A stretch of DNA of 64,000 bases from Patescibacteria group bacterium (lineage in GTDB: Bacteria > Patescibacteriota > Microgenomatia > UBA8517), in the NCBI GenBank assembly GCA_041499035.1, contig JBGQJK010000002.1, positions 6,571-70,570 on the forward strand, given 5' to 3'. Shown here one piece after another: positions 1 to 8,466 of this stretch. Each line of letters opens with the position of its first letter. Position 1 is the first letter of the stretch. The position numbers and the translations under genes are program-made. A model generated the notes under the pieces. The model had not been told where the DNA came from. It saw only the letters and a program-made list of their open reading frames with translations, and made no database searches.

Positions 1-399
1 TTCCGTCCGGCCTTTTTAAGTTCGATCCTCTCTCCTATAATCGAAACAATATCAGTTTTACTTTTTACTTCCTGCACCTGATCGTTCATTTCAAATGTAG
101 TTTACCATAGAAAGACCGAAGAAAACCTGAAGTAGTCCGCGCCTAATGTTGCCCCTAGTCTTTCCCCAAACCTGACTGAGTCCCTAGCTGTGGGGTCGGG
201 GTTACAGCAGCAGGAAGGTCGACTTTAGTTTCCGCAGATTGCGTTTTGTTTAAACTCAAGTTGTAGCGCCCCGTCTCTCCGCCCCCGTGCGAAGTAGCAA
301 CGACTTTTGCTAGTTCAAGTAAATAATTTATCCTGTCTGCCTTCATGACCTTAGTTATATACCAAATCGGGATGATATTGTCAAACAACTGAACGAAAA

Positions 400-909
400 C
401 TACTTGAAAAATTTCTTTTTATCAATCCTCTTCCCCTTTAAAATCGCATCAACCATTTTTATCTCTTCTCCAATTCCGGCTATCAGATCATATTTTTCCG
501 AGTCTTTTGCCGGAAGCCAAGCAAAATCAATACTTTCCGAATTGAGTCTAATACTTCCCTTTTTTATCGGTGCATAAAAACTGAAAGCAATTACCGGAAT
601 GTTATCGGGCCTGATAAAGGTAAGGTCTAAAAGATAGTCAATTTTGCCTACCTCAACACCAACTTCTTCCATAATTTCCCTCCTCAAACTATCTTCCAGG
701 GCAAAATACCAAACTTTATCTTTTTTGGTTGTGGGGGCTTTCTTTACATAGTCATCAATAGTCAGCCCCCCACCCGGTACTGTCCACTTCCCCGGCCAGA
801 CTTTTTTATCCAAACTTCTTTTGGTAATCAGATACCTGCTGTCTTTATAAATTATCGCTGTGGAGACAATTCTATGGAGCTCTCTGTTTTTAATCTGCCC
901 ATATTTCAT
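400..909 (-). CDS. Nudix hydrolase
   Basis: Nudix box GGG-x5-E-x7-REIMEEVGVEV in translation 'PGGGLTIDDY...LRREIMEEVGVEV'. Confidence 0.75.
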   Translation of the reverse strand: MKYGQIKNRELHRIVSTAIIYKDSRYLITKRSLDKKVWPGKWTVPGGGLTIDDYVKKAPTTKKDKVWYFALEDSLRREIMEEVGVEVGKIDYLLDLTFIRPDNIPVIAFSFYAPIKKGSIRLNSESIDFAWLPAKDSEKYDLIAGIGEEIKMVDAILKGKRIDKKKFFK

Positions 910-947
910 AAAATAATTTTAACACTTTACCCGAAGAAAAGGAGAAG

Positions 948-1661
948 TTATACCTCAAAATCCAAAATTAACGGGAGGTGGTCGGAAATTTCCAAATATG
1001 GAACCTCAAATTTTTTAACTTTAACCTCGGGGGAAATAAAGCAATAATCTGCAAAGTACTGTTTTCCAAAATACTGCTTATCCTTTTTTGTATGGTCAGC
1101 TAAATCATTCCTTGTTGTTCTAACTTTAAAATCCTTGATTAGATTTTTATAGCCGGAGGCCTCAAAAACCTTTACGCTTTCTGTATCAGGCATTAGATTA
1201 AAATCACCCCCAATTATCTTTGGGCCAGTAAATTCATGAGCGAAGTCAATAATTTTTGCGGACTGTGTAAGCCGATCTTCCGAATCGAGTTTGTCACCTG
1301 GATATGCCATCCCCTGAAGATTTAAAACTGTCGTGCTTCCTAAATCAACCGCCTGAACAAAAGCAGGAACTTCCGTACCTCCAACACTCTCAAGAGCATC
1401 ATAAAGAAGTAACTTCTTGTAATCTAATACCAGAAGCTCCTTATTAACAAAAACTACTTGTGAGCTTTTAGAGTTTTTCAAACTATCATCAAAAGCAAAA
1501 TATCCTCCAAAATTGTCTAATAGAAATTGTAATTTTTTGTATAAAGTGGGTGTAACTTCTGAAAGACAAAAAGTACTTGTGGCCGAAGATTGTTTTGAAA
1601 TAAATTGAAGTAGCCCTCTCTCCACCTTTCCGCTCCAAGTATTTAGAAAAATAGCTCTCAT
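948..1661 (-). CDS. endonuclease/exonuclease/phosphatase (EEP) family protein
   Basis: C-terminal 'EISDHLPLILDFEV' is the typical EEP terminal SDH motif; 'GGDFNL' catalytic-type motif. Confidence 0.65.
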   Translation of the reverse strand: MRAIFLNTWSGKVERGLLQFISKQSSATSTFCLSEVTPTLYKKLQFLLDNFGGYFAFDDSLKNSKSSQVVFVNKELLVLDYKKLLLYDALESVGGTEVPAFVQAVDLGSTTVLNLQGMAYPGDKLDSEDRLTQSAKIIDFAHEFTGPKIIGGDFNLMPDTESVKVFEASGYKNLIKDFKVRTTRNDLADHTKKDKQYFGKQYFADYCFISPEVKVKKFEVPYLEISDHLPLILDFEV

Positions 1662-2155
1662 TTCTTGTTTTGGATCAACTTTTTCGCCTCTTTTAAAAAC
1701 GTCAGATCTCTTTTCTGAATAAAATGTCCTTGGTAATCTTCAGGTTTATCATTTTCGGTCTTCTTAATTGCTTCGTCCAAAGATAACCAGATAAGTCTAA
1801 AGCCTTCGTCTATCTCATCTTTTTCAAAATCCGGATTTCCTTTAGACAATATCTCCCCGAAGTAACAATACGATGTTTGTTTCAAATTAAATTCGGATCG
1901 AAACTCAACGACTTTGCCTATTTCTTTGCCTACTTTGATAGTGCTTCCAACTTCTTCCTTTACCTCCCGTACCAAGGCCTGAATTTGACCCTCCCCCTGC
2001 TCAATTCCACCACCAGGAAGTTTGTGATAGTTATTTTTGGAAACAAAAAGAAGCGGAATCAAGTTCTCACTATCAAATAAAACCGCCCTCGAAGCCTCAC
2101 GTGTTTTATGGTCTTTAGTAAAATCTTTATCCTTTATTGTTTTTAAAAGCCTCAT
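1658..2155 (-). CDS. Nudix hydrolase (start trimmed to internal Met; the longer ORF would overlap tRNA-Ser)
   Basis: Nudix box 'GGGIEQGEGQIQALVREVKEEVGS'. The six-frame ORF extends to 2227 but overlaps a canonical tRNA, so the internal Met 'MRLLKT' is the likely start. Confidence 0.65.
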   Translation of the reverse strand: MRLLKTIKDKDFTKDHKTREASRAVLFDSENLIPLLFVSKNNYHKLPGGGIEQGEGQIQALVREVKEEVGSTIKVGKEIGKVVEFRSEFNLKQTSYCYFGEILSKGNPDFEKDEIDEGFRLIWLSLDEAIKKTENDKPEDYQGHFIQKRDLTFLKEAKKLIQNKK

Positions 2156-2164
2156 AAACGAATG

Positions 2165-2247
2165 CGGAGGAGGCGAGACTCGAACTCGCGAGGGCTTGCG
2201 CCCGCACGCTTTCCAAGCGTGTACCATAGCCGCTAGGTGACTCCTCC
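2165..2247 (-). tRNA. tRNA-Ser (anticodon GGA)
   Basis: Reverse complement folds as 7-bp acceptor GGAGGAG/CTCCTCC, anticodon loop TTGGAAA, long variable arm, T-loop TTCGAGT, discriminator G. Confidence 0.8.
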
Positions 2248-2272
2248 AGAGTCTGTATTATACCCTAAAATG

Positions 2273-2344
2273 TGCCTCTGGACAGATTCGAACTGTCATC
2301 AAAGGATCCGGAATCCCTCATTCTATCCGTTAAACTACAGAGGC
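2273..2344 (-). tRNA. tRNA-Arg (anticodon CCG)
   Basis: RC: GCCTCTG acceptor pairs CAGAGGC, D-loop AACGGAT, anticodon loop TTCCGGA, T-loop TTCGAAT. Confidence 0.75.
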
Positions 2345-2875
2345 AAGTAGGTCTTTAGCTTTAACAAGTATCTGTTTCTCCCCACCGAAGGAAAGCTGTT
2401 TTTTAGCTTCCTCAAACGGAAGCCAAACAACTTCCTCAGTCTCCCAGTCATGCCCTTCGGGTAAATCTTTTATATACTCCATTAAGTAAAAGGTTACAAA
2501 TTTTAATATCTTCCCCACCTTGACATCGGTAAAAGAATACATTGAGGTGCCTATTTTTTTGACTATTTTGGCCTCAACTCCGGCTTCTTCCTTGACCTCT
2601 CTAATCGCCGCGTTTTCAAGAGAGGCTACATCAGCTTTAATTTTTCCGGAAGCCATTGGTCCCGGAAGATCACCGTCAGTATCGTCGATTCGCCCCTTGG
2701 GAAGCATCCAATATTGTTTTGGATAAAGGGCGCTAGCCGTGGTTTTTCTGATAAGCCAGAGTATTTGGCCATTATCTATTTTGAAGACTACTCCCCCAGA
2801 GGAAAACTCTCTGGTAACGGAGCTTTTTAGAACATCACCACTTCCTGTTTTTTGAGATTGTGTGTTTTTTCCCAT
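2330..2875 (-). CDS. Nudix hydrolase
   Basis: Nudix box 'LPKGRIDDTDGDLPGPMASGKIKADVASLENAAIREVKEEAGVE'. Confidence 0.7.
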   Translation of the reverse strand: MGKNTQSQKTGSGDVLKSSVTREFSSGGVVFKIDNGQILWLIRKTTASALYPKQYWMLPKGRIDDTDGDLPGPMASGKIKADVASLENAAIREVKEEAGVEAKIVKKIGTSMYSFTDVKVGKILKFVTFYLMEYIKDLPEGHDWETEEVVWLPFEEAKKQLSFGGEKQILVKAKDLLASVV

Positions 2876-3294
2876 TCTTTTAGAACGTCCTTCGCGCCTT
2901 TTAGCATGTCCTTTTCCCTTTTAAGACCCAGTCTTTTTAAAGCTTCGCCAAAATCCAGCCATTTAAATTGATCAAAGCCAATCAGCTCGCTGCTCCCACC
3001 TTTTTGCAACATTAAATAATAATAAAACTTTTGGGGAATTGATTTGGCATTAACAATTGTTGTTCCAGATGAGCGTCCTGCTTCTTCTAATACCCTTGCC
3101 GCCATTCCACCCTGCTCACTGGCCAAACGGATTGCGGCTCTGACAGAAGATTCCCCTTTCCTTACAGTCACTTTGGGAATCTCCCAATCGGGAGCCTCTC
3201 TCTGTTTCACCAATAAAAACTGCCGCTTGCCGCGGTTCTCTCTAAAGAGCACTGCCCCGCCTATTACAATTTGTTGATTTTTTCCGTTTTTCAT
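2827..3294 (-). CDS. Nudix-like hydrolase (degenerate Nudix box)
   Basis: 'GGAVLF...LLVKQREAPDWEIPKVTVRKGESSVRAAIRLASEQGGMAARV' has Nudix-fold spacing with a partly degenerate box. Overlaps the neighbouring gene by ~49 nt. Confidence 0.45.
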   Translation of the reverse strand: MKNGKNQQIVIGGAVLFRENRGKRQFLLVKQREAPDWEIPKVTVRKGESSVRAAIRLASEQGGMAARVLEEAGRSSGTTIVNAKSIPQKFYYYLMLQKGGSSELIGFDQFKWLDFGEALKRLGLKREKDMLKGAKDVLKEWEKTHNLKKQEVVMF

Positions 3295-3415
3295 TTTGTT
3301 TTTATGTTCTCGTCTGCCCGAAATTGTACAACAATTTCGAGAGGAGTAATAAACTTGCGTAAGTTTCCAAAACTTTCGTTTTGAGAAACTGCTAGCAACG
3401 TTTGATTACGACGAG

Positions 3416-3500
3416 CGGAGGGTACAGGATTTGAACCTGTGTAGGGATTACTCCCTCGAGTTTTCGAAACTCGTGCAATTGGCCGCTATGCGAACCCTCC
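3416..3500 (-). tRNA. tRNA-Ser (anticodon CGA)
   Basis: RC: acceptor GGAGGGT/ACCCTCC, anticodon arm CGAGT-TTCGAAA-ACTCG, long variable arm, T-loop TTCAAAT, discriminator G. Confidence 0.8.
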
Positions 3501-3510
3501 TCGCTTAGTG

Positions 3511-3582
3511 TGCCCTCGATCAGAATTGAACTGATATCTTAGGTTCCGCAAACCCATACTCTATCCGTTGAGCTACGAGGGC
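3511..3582 (-). tRNA. tRNA-Arg (anticodon GCG)
   Basis: RC: acceptor GCCCTCG/CGAGGGC, D-loop AACGGAT, anticodon loop TTGCGGA, T-loop TTCAATT. Confidence 0.7.
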
Positions 3583-3588
3583 TCATTT

Positions 3589-3663
3589 GACTCTCCGCAG
3601 GCTCATACTCTACTGCGAGCCCTCGAGCCAGCAAGCTCTGCTTATCCGTTAAGCTACGGGTGC
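3589..3663 (-). other. tRNA-like remnant (5' half resembles tRNA-Arg; no canonical cloverleaf)
   Basis: RC begins GCACCCGTAGCTTAACGGATAAGC, near-identical to the acceptor and D-arm of the adjacent tRNA-Arg. I could not find a pairing anticodon stem or a 3' acceptor strand. Confidence 0.3.
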
Positions 3664-3667
3664 AAGT

Positions 3668-4246
3668 CTATTTGTTCCCAGACAGTTTTTGTGTAAACCA
3701 ATCTGCGAGCTTATCAAGCCCAACAGTGGGTACTTCCTCATATGGAATGTAGGCAGAAACCTCTCTTTTTAAACTATCTTTAATTTCGGTATTTATTACA
3801 AGCTCAATTCGCCCCGGAATTAAAAATGTTTCAAGAATTATAACCTCGCTCCCGCTCCTCTTTCTAAACCGAAACCGGGTAAGCGTTTGCCACTCTGTCA
3901 GCTTGCCTGCAATTTTTACGCCTTTGGTAGTTATTTTGTATTCAATGTTTTCCGGCGGTACTGTCGAAAGAACATAATATAAAAACACCAGTGCAACTAT
4001 CAAAATAACAGGCATAATTCCCTCAGCCAGAAAAAGAACCAAGCTGATAATGCCTGCAATTGCAAAAACCGTTGTATAAAACTGACGGTCGCGCTTCATA
4101 AACGGCCTTGCCGGCGCTATCCATATAAGCAAATCGCGCTCAGGCTCACGCCTGACAACAACAGTCTGCGGCTCTTTATTTAAAGTGCTTTGATTGGACT
4201 TTTTTTCTTCTTTGGCAGCATCCATACCGACCTTATTATACCTCAA
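3668..4246 (-). CDS. membrane protein with bacterial PH-like (bPH_2/YdbS-type) domain
   Basis: Charged N-terminus, two TM helices, then a C-terminal beta-rich domain 'KITTKGVKIAGKLTEWQTLTRFRF'. Confidence 0.45.
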   Translation of the reverse strand: MRYNKVGMDAAKEEKKSNQSTLNKEPQTVVVRREPERDLLIWIAPARPFMKRDRQFYTTVFAIAGIISLVLFLAEGIMPVILIVALVFLYYVLSTVPPENIEYKITTKGVKIAGKLTEWQTLTRFRFRKRSGSEVIILETFLIPGRIELVINTEIKDSLKREVSAYIPYEEVPTVGLDKLADWFTQKLSGNK

Positions 4247-4273
4247 AACCTGCTATAATTGCAGTGCCTAAAA

Positions 4274-4361
4274 GGAGGATATGCCGAGCGGCTAAGGCAA
4301 AGGTTTGCTAAACCTTGGCCACGCAAGTGGCCGGTGGGTTCGACTCCCTCATCCTCCGCCA
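4274..4361 (+). tRNA. tRNA-Ser (anticodon GCT), CCA encoded
   Basis: GGAGGAT acceptor, D-arm GCCGAGCGGCTAAGGC, anticodon loop TTGCTAA, long variable arm, T-loop TTCGACT, 3' GCCA. Confidence 0.85.
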
Positions 4362-4362
4362 T

Positions 4363-4444
4363 GGTGGGCGGGCAGGACGGTAATGCGCGGGTCTTGAAAA
4401 CCCGTGAGCGCAAGCTCTAACAGGTTCGACCCCTGTGCCCACCG
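4363..4444 (+). tRNA. tRNA-Ser (anticodon TGA)
   Basis: Acceptor GGTGGGC/GCCCACC, anticodon arm CGGGT-CTTGAAA-ACCCG, long variable arm, T-loop TTCGACC. D-arm pairing is atypical. Confidence 0.65.
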
Positions 4445-4445
4445 C

Positions 4446-5126
4446 TTACCGTGCAATCGTCATTCCCCAAACTTTTTTAACACCTCCGTGTTTTAGCACT
4501 TTTGCGGCCTCGTGGAGGGTAGAGCCCGTGGTAAAAATGTCATCGAAAAGCAGTATATCGGCAATAGTATGTTGTATATAGGAAGGATTAAGATAAAAGG
4601 CCCCTTTGAGATTATGTTTACGCTCCTCAACTGACAATTCAACCTGAGAAGAGGTAGATTTATGCTTTATTAAAAGATCAGGATTAAATCCCCACCCCAT
4701 CTCTTTAGCTACCAACTTGCCGATTTCTACTGATTGGTTAAACCCGCGTACGTTTTGCCTGTGCCAATGAATTGGAATGGGAACAAGGGAATTAGTATTT
4801 GGTATGTAGTATTTAGCATATTGGGACCTAAGGGTATCCAAAAAAGCAGAAGATAGCTCACGGCCAACTTCGGTGGAGTATTTAAATTTTAGTGCCAATA
4901 TAGCCTTCTTAATTACACCTTCATATTTCCAGATAGAAGTCAGGCCGTCCAGACCATACTTTCTCCTACATTTGATGTGCGTAAAACCGTCAATTGACGC
5001 CTTTTCGCAATAAGGACAGGCCGGCTTGAGTATTCTGACCTTGCTCAAACAATTCTCACAAATATATTTGCCTTCTTTTCCACAGTCCAAACAAGCTTTC
5101 GGGAAAATCAAATTAAGTAGGTCCAT
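4446..5126 (-). CDS. comFC: ComF-family phosphoribosyltransferase-like protein
   Basis: N-terminal 4-Cys zinc ribbon 'CLDCG...CENC...CPYC', C-terminal PRTase motif 'LLFDDIFTTGSTLHEAAKVLKHGG'. Confidence 0.7.
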   Translation of the reverse strand: MDLLNLIFPKACLDCGKEGKYICENCLSKVRILKPACPYCEKASIDGFTHIKCRRKYGLDGLTSIWKYEGVIKKAILALKFKYSTEVGRELSSAFLDTLRSQYAKYYIPNTNSLVPIPIHWHRQNVRGFNQSVEIGKLVAKEMGWGFNPDLLIKHKSTSSQVELSVEERKHNLKGAFYLNPSYIQHTIADILLFDDIFTTGSTLHEAAKVLKHGGVKKVWGMTIAR

Positions 5127-5578
5127 TGAGGTACAATATAAGTATGAAATTATTCAACAAAAGAGCAAGATTTGAATATGAACTCACAGGAGAGGGAGTT
5201 GAGGCCGGATTGTCCCTAAAGGGAGCCGAGGCTAAATCTATCCGCGAAGGCCGGGGGGATTTGTCCAATTCTTTCGCAAAAATCATGGGTAATGAAATTT
5301 ATTTGGTCAATGCCAACATCCCGGCACAAGGGCTGGAAAAATATGACTCTACCCGCACCAGAAAACTCCTTTTGCACCACCAGGAGATACTGTCGCTAGG
5401 AACAAAAATGAAGCAAAAAAAGTTGCAAATTGTGCCTCTACGGCTGTATAATAAGGGTCGCTTAATCAAGCTCTATCTAGAGCTAGGCAAGCCTAAAAAG
5501 CAGTTTCAGAAGAAGGAGGCAATTAAGCGCCACGATATAAAGCGAGATATTGAAGGTGAATTTAAAGCTTCGCTTTAA
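5126..5578 (+). CDS. smpB: SsrA-binding protein SmpB
   Basis: 'NKRARFEYELTGE...GAEAKSIREGR' SmpB signature; immediately upstream of the tmRNA gene. Confidence 0.85.
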   Translation: MRYNISMKLFNKRARFEYELTGEGVEAGLSLKGAEAKSIREGRGDLSNSFAKIMGNEIYLVNANIPAQGLEKYDSTRTRKLLLHHQEILSLGTKMKQKKLQIVPLRLYNKGRLIKLYLELGKPKKQFQKKEAIKRHDIKRDIEGEFKASL

Positions 5579-5581
5579 ATC

Positions 5582-5942
5582 GGGGACGATCGGTTTCGAC
5601 GGGAAGCTCTTTGACAAAACGGCAAGCAGACTTTGACTCTAGGTCTTTGATAAGAGTTAAAAAACAAAAGCTACGAATTTATTCGAAGCTCCAGCCTACA
5701 ACGTAGTTTACGCTTAAGCTGGCGTCCTGAGATCTGATTCTCGATCGGGTCGACTGGGTGTAAACCATTCGAGATGCTGTTTAAGCTTTAATGATTTAAA
5801 GGTTTAAACAAAAGACAAATAAATCTTACCTTGAAATTCCTTTTTGGCTAGATAAGTTCAGGGAAAATTTAAAAACCAAATAAGCTTGTAGAAGTTTTGT
5901 TATTATGTTTTTCGGACGCGGGTTCGATTCCCGCCGTCTCCA
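5582..5942 (+). ncRNA. ssrA: transfer-messenger RNA (tmRNA, ssrA)
   Basis: 5' GGGGACGATCGGTTTCGACGGG (tRNA-like acceptor/D region), 3' GGACGCGGGTTCGATTCCCGCCGTCTCCA (T-arm plus acceptor), internal tag ORF ending ...YNVVYA-TAA. Adjacent to smpB. Confidence 0.8.
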
Positions 5943-6339
5943 CTTAAAAAATAATATTAGTTCTGAACTCTCATTTCAAAATCGTATTTTTATGCACCCT
6001 GGTGCAGGTGGTATTTATGCTAACGAGGGACATAGTATGACAGTTAACGGCAACGGGAGTAGTAATTTTCAGGGAATCCATTTTCATCATTCAGAACCTC
6101 TAACGGTAATCAAGTCAACGGCACTGCTCAGATTAAAAGGATTAATTCGCGACAACGAATCGGTTGTCGAGTTAAGAAGTTGTGGAACAGATAACAGAGG
6201 CGTTGAGGGATTCGCCGCGCGGACAGATAAAATGTTCGACAGTTATGAGCCTCACGTGTCGTTAGGCGATCTCTTTGATTCGATAAACACACTTCGCAAT
6301 TCCTCACTTTGGCCGAAGAAATAAGTATCTCGAACAAGA

Positions 6340-8241
6340 CTACTGATTCTGAATATCTAGCGAATACAGCTTGTCTCCTGTAAGAAGAATTATTTTCTTA
6401 TCAGCTTCCGAAACTACCAAGTTTATGCCTCCCGAAATTAATGAATCTTCATATTGGGCCTTATAAACACCCTTCTTATCGGTAACCACCACCCTGCTGC
6501 CTGCTTTATCAAGCAAATAAATATACTGATTATCCGGGTTGGCATAAATGGCGTCAATATTTCCAATTTCCGGAATTACACCAGAAACATTAAAGTTTTG
6601 GGGACTGCCCTGGCTGAACTTAAGCACTTTAGAGTTAGGATACAGGGCATAGATTGATCCGTCTATGGTTATCTGCAAAATATTCGAAAAATTAACATTA
6701 GTTCCTGCTGCAAGCCAATTTTGTTTATCACCAAACGAGTTCCCTGTCCCAGCATATCTATAAATTGCATTTCCGGCTTTGTCTATTACATACATATTTC
6801 CGGCAAAGGCTGATATAAGCGCATCAGATGTCCATACTTTACTGATAACCTTACTATTACCTGAATCAACTTCATAAATACCATCACTTTCAAGAACAAA
6901 GACTTTGGCTTCGTAAGCCGCCAGTGCGGAGGCCGAATTTATTACCCCGGGTCCTGCAACCACCCTGCTCTTTTTTGTGGAAAGGTCAACGCTAACTATT
7001 CGTTGTCCAGATTTATCGAGAACGTAGATAAACCCGCCCGAAAAAGCTACTATGTCGCCTTTAAACCCGGAGGAAAGCAGTGTCAAATCCAAAAACATCT
7101 GGGGCGTCTCCCGGTATTCCCCAAGAACTGCAGCCCGGCTGTCATCAATCTTTTTCTTGAGAGCGTCGATTTTAGTGTCATGTACGTTCATAGCAGTAAT
7201 TCGATTCAGTTTTTGTTCGCTGTCGGCAAACAGCTCACGGCTCCGCTCAGAACTGACACTCGCCAGGCTTATAGCCTGATCAGCCTCGCTTGTTGCCTGC
7301 GCAAGAATTCCCTGATATTTACTTTTCAAATCATTGATCTTTTTCTGACGTATGCCAAATCCGATACTTACTCCTAAAAGCACCAGAAGAATCGCCGCAA
7401 CCGTAAAAGTAAGCTTTTTGCTTTCGGGGGAAGCTTGGGGAGCCTGTTCCGCCTTTAAATAGATATTTTTTTGAGGAATTCTTTTGAAAAGCTTGGAAAC
7501 AAATTCCTGAATCTTATCTGATATCATCAACGGGTTTCTAAAATCTAGACTCAATTTGTTAAATTTTCTTGGTTCCGCGATTTCCGGACGCGCTTCTGCA
7601 AATAGTGTGTTTGCGTCTTCTTTTTCCTCAAATTTAATCACGGTTGCAGCCAAGTTTCCCTGGCTTTCTGAGCCAAGCACGATAGGACCGAACGTCTCAA
7701 TTGAATCTTCGGAAGTTTTTGCCGAAAGCGCAGCTCTAAGTATTCCGTTCGGGACCTTCTCAAAAAATGTTTTTGTCGCCAAAAGTATAACGTCGCCACT
7801 CTTGGGAAAACCCGAGGCAACAACTACCTGATCTTTTTCACTTTCCAGGATTTTTCCGAGCGAACCGTTCCGGAAAACCATTACGCCTGCCCCGCCAACC
7901 GCTACGGAATAAACAACATTTCCGACGAAAGCAGCTGCAACAATTTCGACGTCCCCCCAGGTGTGCCTGAATTCATCGGCAACTTTCTTGGTAGCATCCC
8001 TGAGAACATTGAAGGGCTTACCTGTCGGGTTGCCGTAGTATTCTTCATGGTACCTGGTTAAAAGTTCCCGTCCGGCAGCAAGTGTGTCTATACCGCTCTC
8101 TGTGTGACTGGTAGAAACTATCGCAAATAAGTGTCCCCGGAGTTTAAGCTTATCAGAATCCTCCGGTTCAAACTCATGTACTTGTGCCCACCCGGACGGC
8201 CCAGGCGCACCAGTCAACTTGGAGGCACTAGAAATTAACAT
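6340..8241 (-). CDS. transmembrane protein: degenerate PP2C-like N-domain, single TM, coiled coil, C-terminal beta-propeller-like repeats
   Basis: N-term 'IVAAAFVGNVVYSVAVGGAGVMVFRNGS' resembles the PP2C 'LYVANVGDSRAVLxRNG' core with Asp/Ser replaced by Gly. TM 'LTFTVAAILLVLLGVSIGFGI'. Five to six repeats of type 'YVLDKSGQRIVSVD / IYLLDKAGSRVVV'. Confidence 0.5.
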   Translation of the reverse strand: MLISSASKLTGAPGPSGWAQVHEFEPEDSDKLKLRGHLFAIVSTSHTESGIDTLAAGRELLTRYHEEYYGNPTGKPFNVLRDATKKVADEFRHTWGDVEIVAAAFVGNVVYSVAVGGAGVMVFRNGSLGKILESEKDQVVVASGFPKSGDVILLATKTFFEKVPNGILRAALSAKTSEDSIETFGPIVLGSESQGNLAATVIKFEEKEDANTLFAEARPEIAEPRKFNKLSLDFRNPLMISDKIQEFVSKLFKRIPQKNIYLKAEQAPQASPESKKLTFTVAAILLVLLGVSIGFGIRQKKINDLKSKYQGILAQATSEADQAISLASVSSERSRELFADSEQKLNRITAMNVHDTKIDALKKKIDDSRAAVLGEYRETPQMFLDLTLLSSGFKGDIVAFSGGFIYVLDKSGQRIVSVDLSTKKSRVVAGPGVINSASALAAYEAKVFVLESDGIYEVDSGNSKVISKVWTSDALISAFAGNMYVIDKAGNAIYRYAGTGNSFGDKQNWLAAGTNVNFSNILQITIDGSIYALYPNSKVLKFSQGSPQNFNVSGVIPEIGNIDAIYANPDNQYIYLLDKAGSRVVVTDKKGVYKAQYEDSLISGGINLVVSEADKKIILLTGDKLYSLDIQNQ

Positions 8242-8244
8242 TCT

Positions 8245-8466
8245 TTAAAGAATTATTAGAGCAGCCAGAAAAACTAAAACCGCAAAAGCTAAATGAATAT
8301 AGCCAAGCAGGATTATCGGAGCATCGAAACCAAGCGAGAGCGTGGATGTCATTAGTCTGATCTGCCGGACCATAATCAAAGCGAACACAAGATACATTGC
8401 CAAAAGCAGAAGAGCCGCGATTTTAATCACCAGCCAAATAGAAATTCCAAAAATAGGGTTGATCAT
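8245..8466 (-). CDS. small two-TM membrane protein
   Basis: Entirely hydrophobic 73 aa; translationally coupled (ATGA overlap) with the upstream gene. Confidence 0.4.
   Translation of the reverse strand: MINPIFGISIWLVIKIAALLLLAMYLVFALIMVRQIRLMTSTLSLGFDAPIILLGYIHLAFAVLVFLAALIIL

Noticed and set aside
1-400. Possible structured RNA gene at the window start (GC-rich, ORF of odd composition at 155-388)
   Set aside because: I could not recognise RNase P, SRP or 6S signatures by eye. Possibly the 3' part of a gene or RNA truncated by the window edge. Left uncalled.
1877-2240. Two + strand 67-aa ORFs opposite the Nudix gene and tRNA-Ser
   Set aside because: They fall antisense to a well-supported Nudix CDS and a canonical tRNA. 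Low-complexity translations; spurious.
4363-4444. Possible selenocysteine tRNA (anticodon UCA, long variable arm)
   Set aside because: Only ~82 nt, with 7-bp acceptor and no extended 8/5 or 9/4 architecture. Together with the GGA, CGA and GCT Ser tRNAs it completes the serine set, so it is called tRNA-Ser(TGA).
5905-6324. 139-aa + strand ORF starting inside the tmRNA 3' end
   Set aside because: Its N-terminus is the tmRNA T-arm/acceptor sequence. Only a shorter internal-Met version could be real, and there is no supporting motif. Kept as a finding about the unannotated stretch rather than a CDS.
7003-7831. Several 60-124 aa ORFs on both strands inside the 6340-8241 gene
   Set aside because: They are nested within a long, domain-bearing CDS on the opposite or alternate frame; shadow ORFs.
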